Positions 62,546 through 64,000 of a stretch of 64,000 nt of DNA are shown in pieces. The translations under genes and the position numbers were made by a program. A model generated the notes under the pieces. The model was not told where the DNA came from. It saw nothing but the letters and a program-made list of their open reading frames with translations, and searched no databases. The number at the start of each line of letters is the position of its first letter. Position 1 is the first letter of the stretch. The stretch comes from an uncultured delta proteobacterium (GTDB lineage Bacteria > Desulfobacterota > Desulfuromonadia > Desulfuromonadales > JACZKF01): contig CAWFKQ010000007.1 of the NCBI GenBank assembly GCA_963816395.1, positions 64,001 to 128,000 on the forward strand, read 5' to 3'.

Positions 62546-62688
62546 GGCTGGCTAATTCCTCTTATCCATCCATCCGGTTCCGGTATCGGACTCCGGAGCC
62601 TCCGGAAATGTGAGGAAGTGAGCTGAGAATGAGCCGAGCTGCGCTCCGCCGTCCAGGGGGAAAGCGCCGCCGGAAGACACCCCGGAAA

Positions 62689-63639
62689 TCAATCGACCAC
62701 CGCCTCCGGCTGCTTGCGCAAAGTGGATATATCAGAGGGAATCCGCCAGAAATTCTTCTGCATGCTCAAGTGGCGCTTCAGCATCCGTGGGATAAACCTT
62801 TCCTCCAGCCCGGCCCGGAAACCGAGGTAGCGTACGGGCAACCGGCCCAGGGCCGAGAGAATGAGAGCAGGCCGCGTCTGCCGCAGGAATTTGAGCTCCG
62901 AGCTGAGAAAACGCAGGCCTTCTTTTTCGGCCCCACCGAAGGTCTGCCGGATCCATGGTTCCCGGGCATGAAAGACCCCAATGTCGAAATAACGTTGGAA
63001 TTCCTCCCACAGGGAATAACCATGAGAATGATAGACCTGGGCTTCCGCGCAGTAGGCGACTTTCCACCCGGCCAGCAACATACGGGCAGACACCAGAGTA
63101 TCCTCACTAACGATGTTTTTTCCCGGGAAGCCCCCCACCGCCGCCAAGCGCTTCATAGCGATAAGCGGCAAAGCTATTGGAAAGAAATGCCGCCTTCAAC
63201 CCCAACCTCGGAATATCGGCGACGGTCTTGACCTGACTGATCGAAGGATAGTTGAAAAGCCGGGCGTGCTCCTCGATGGCACCGGCCCCGGGCTTCGGCA
63301 GTTGCCGGCCGAAAACGGCCCCGACCTTCCCGTCGGCAAAACAGGAGACCAGGTTGGCGACTGCGTCGGGCCCGCCGGCACCGCATCTTCAGTGAGAAAA
63401 ACGATAATATCCGCTCCCGCCAGGATTTCCGCCCCCAACCGGCGTGTTCCCCCATGGTCGAAGCTCTCGCCGGCGATGCGCAGAATCCGGCCGAAATCTC
63501 GGACTTCACCGGGGAAACCTCCTGGGGAGGAATCCAGGAACAGAACCTGGCTGAATTGCATCCGCTGGCTGCGCAGAGCGGCGCATTGCCGGTTGAAGAA
63601 CCCGGGGCGAAAAACCGGTATGCACAAGCTGACTTTCAT
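62689..63639 (-). CDS. Glycosyltransferase family 2, rhamnosyltransferase-like; multiple frameshifts
   Basis: LDSS, FDHGGTR, VFLTEDA, SEDT, VYHSH.Y, RYFDIGVFH in different frames. Confidence 0.75.
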
Positions 63640-63641
63640 AG

Positions 63642-64000
63642 TCAGACCAGCAGTAGAAGAGCAAAATTGCGCGCTAATCCACACTTAAAAAAATTGAATT
63701 CGAAAATTCTAATTCTACGGAGAAAAAAATTTTCTCGCCCGAGACAGGCATATGCTTTGATCATTTCCCTCTGTCGAGGCCCCATCTTCTCGCCGAAGAC
63801 TTCCAGAAATGCCGCCGCCTGCCGCCTGGTCCGGGCCAGCGAGGAACGAAGGTCACGGTAACCGGCCATTCGGCCGCACAGGTAAGACAGACTCCAACCC
63901 CGAGCGCCGATCTGGTTGCCGGCATGCTGCCGATAGGCCACGGTCTGACACGGCAGATAGGCGATCCGGCCGAAGGCGGCAGCCGTCAGGGCAAGCCACC
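63642..64000 (-). CDS. Glycosyltransferase family 2, 3' part only
   Basis: WL.L.AAAFGRI.YL...TVAYRQHAGNQIGA motif; runs off the window. Confidence 0.75.
   Translation of the reverse strand, partial: WLALTAAAFGRIAYLPCQTVAYRQHAGNQIGARGWSLSYLCGRMAGYRDLRSSLARTRRQAAAFLEVFGEKMGPRQREMIKAYACLGRENFFLRRIRIFEFNFFKCGLARNFALLLLV

Overview
GC-rich chromosomal segment whose gene content, gene order and repeat families point to a Desulfuromonadales (Desulfuromonas/Geobacter-like) bacterium. Single-base indels break about 20 otherwise ordinary genes, mostly at homopolymers, which looks like uncorrected long-read error. Bases 1-19.3 kb are a minus-strand surface-polysaccharide region. It opens with a sigma54/IHF-type promoter and two secreted proteins sharing a duplicated ~370-aa domain of unknown function. 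Next come GT2/GT4 transferases, a flippase, a polymerase/ligase, a CapK-like ligase, a PLP decarboxylase and an ATP-grasp enzyme. Behind a GEMM-I cyclic-dinucleotide riboswitch lies an EtfB-EtfA-carrier protein-acyl-CoA dehydrogenase-adenylation enzyme module resembling prolyl-PCP (pyrrole/pyrroline) assembly lines, which is the best candidate for an undescribed system. Bases 20-61 kb are mostly core genome (gltX, tRNA-Cys, hcp, hfq-miaA-mutL, scpAB, pyrKD, purMN, rpmB, rel-rpoZ-gmk-yicC). This part also holds a full-length class C group II intron inserted behind the tRNA-Cys terminator, a candidate FmdB-type selenoprotein with a SECIS-like hairpin, three MITE-like elements and several 7/8/9-mer intergenic arrays. 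A second polysaccharide locus enters at 61-64 kb. All family calls are by eye from motifs; no searches were run.
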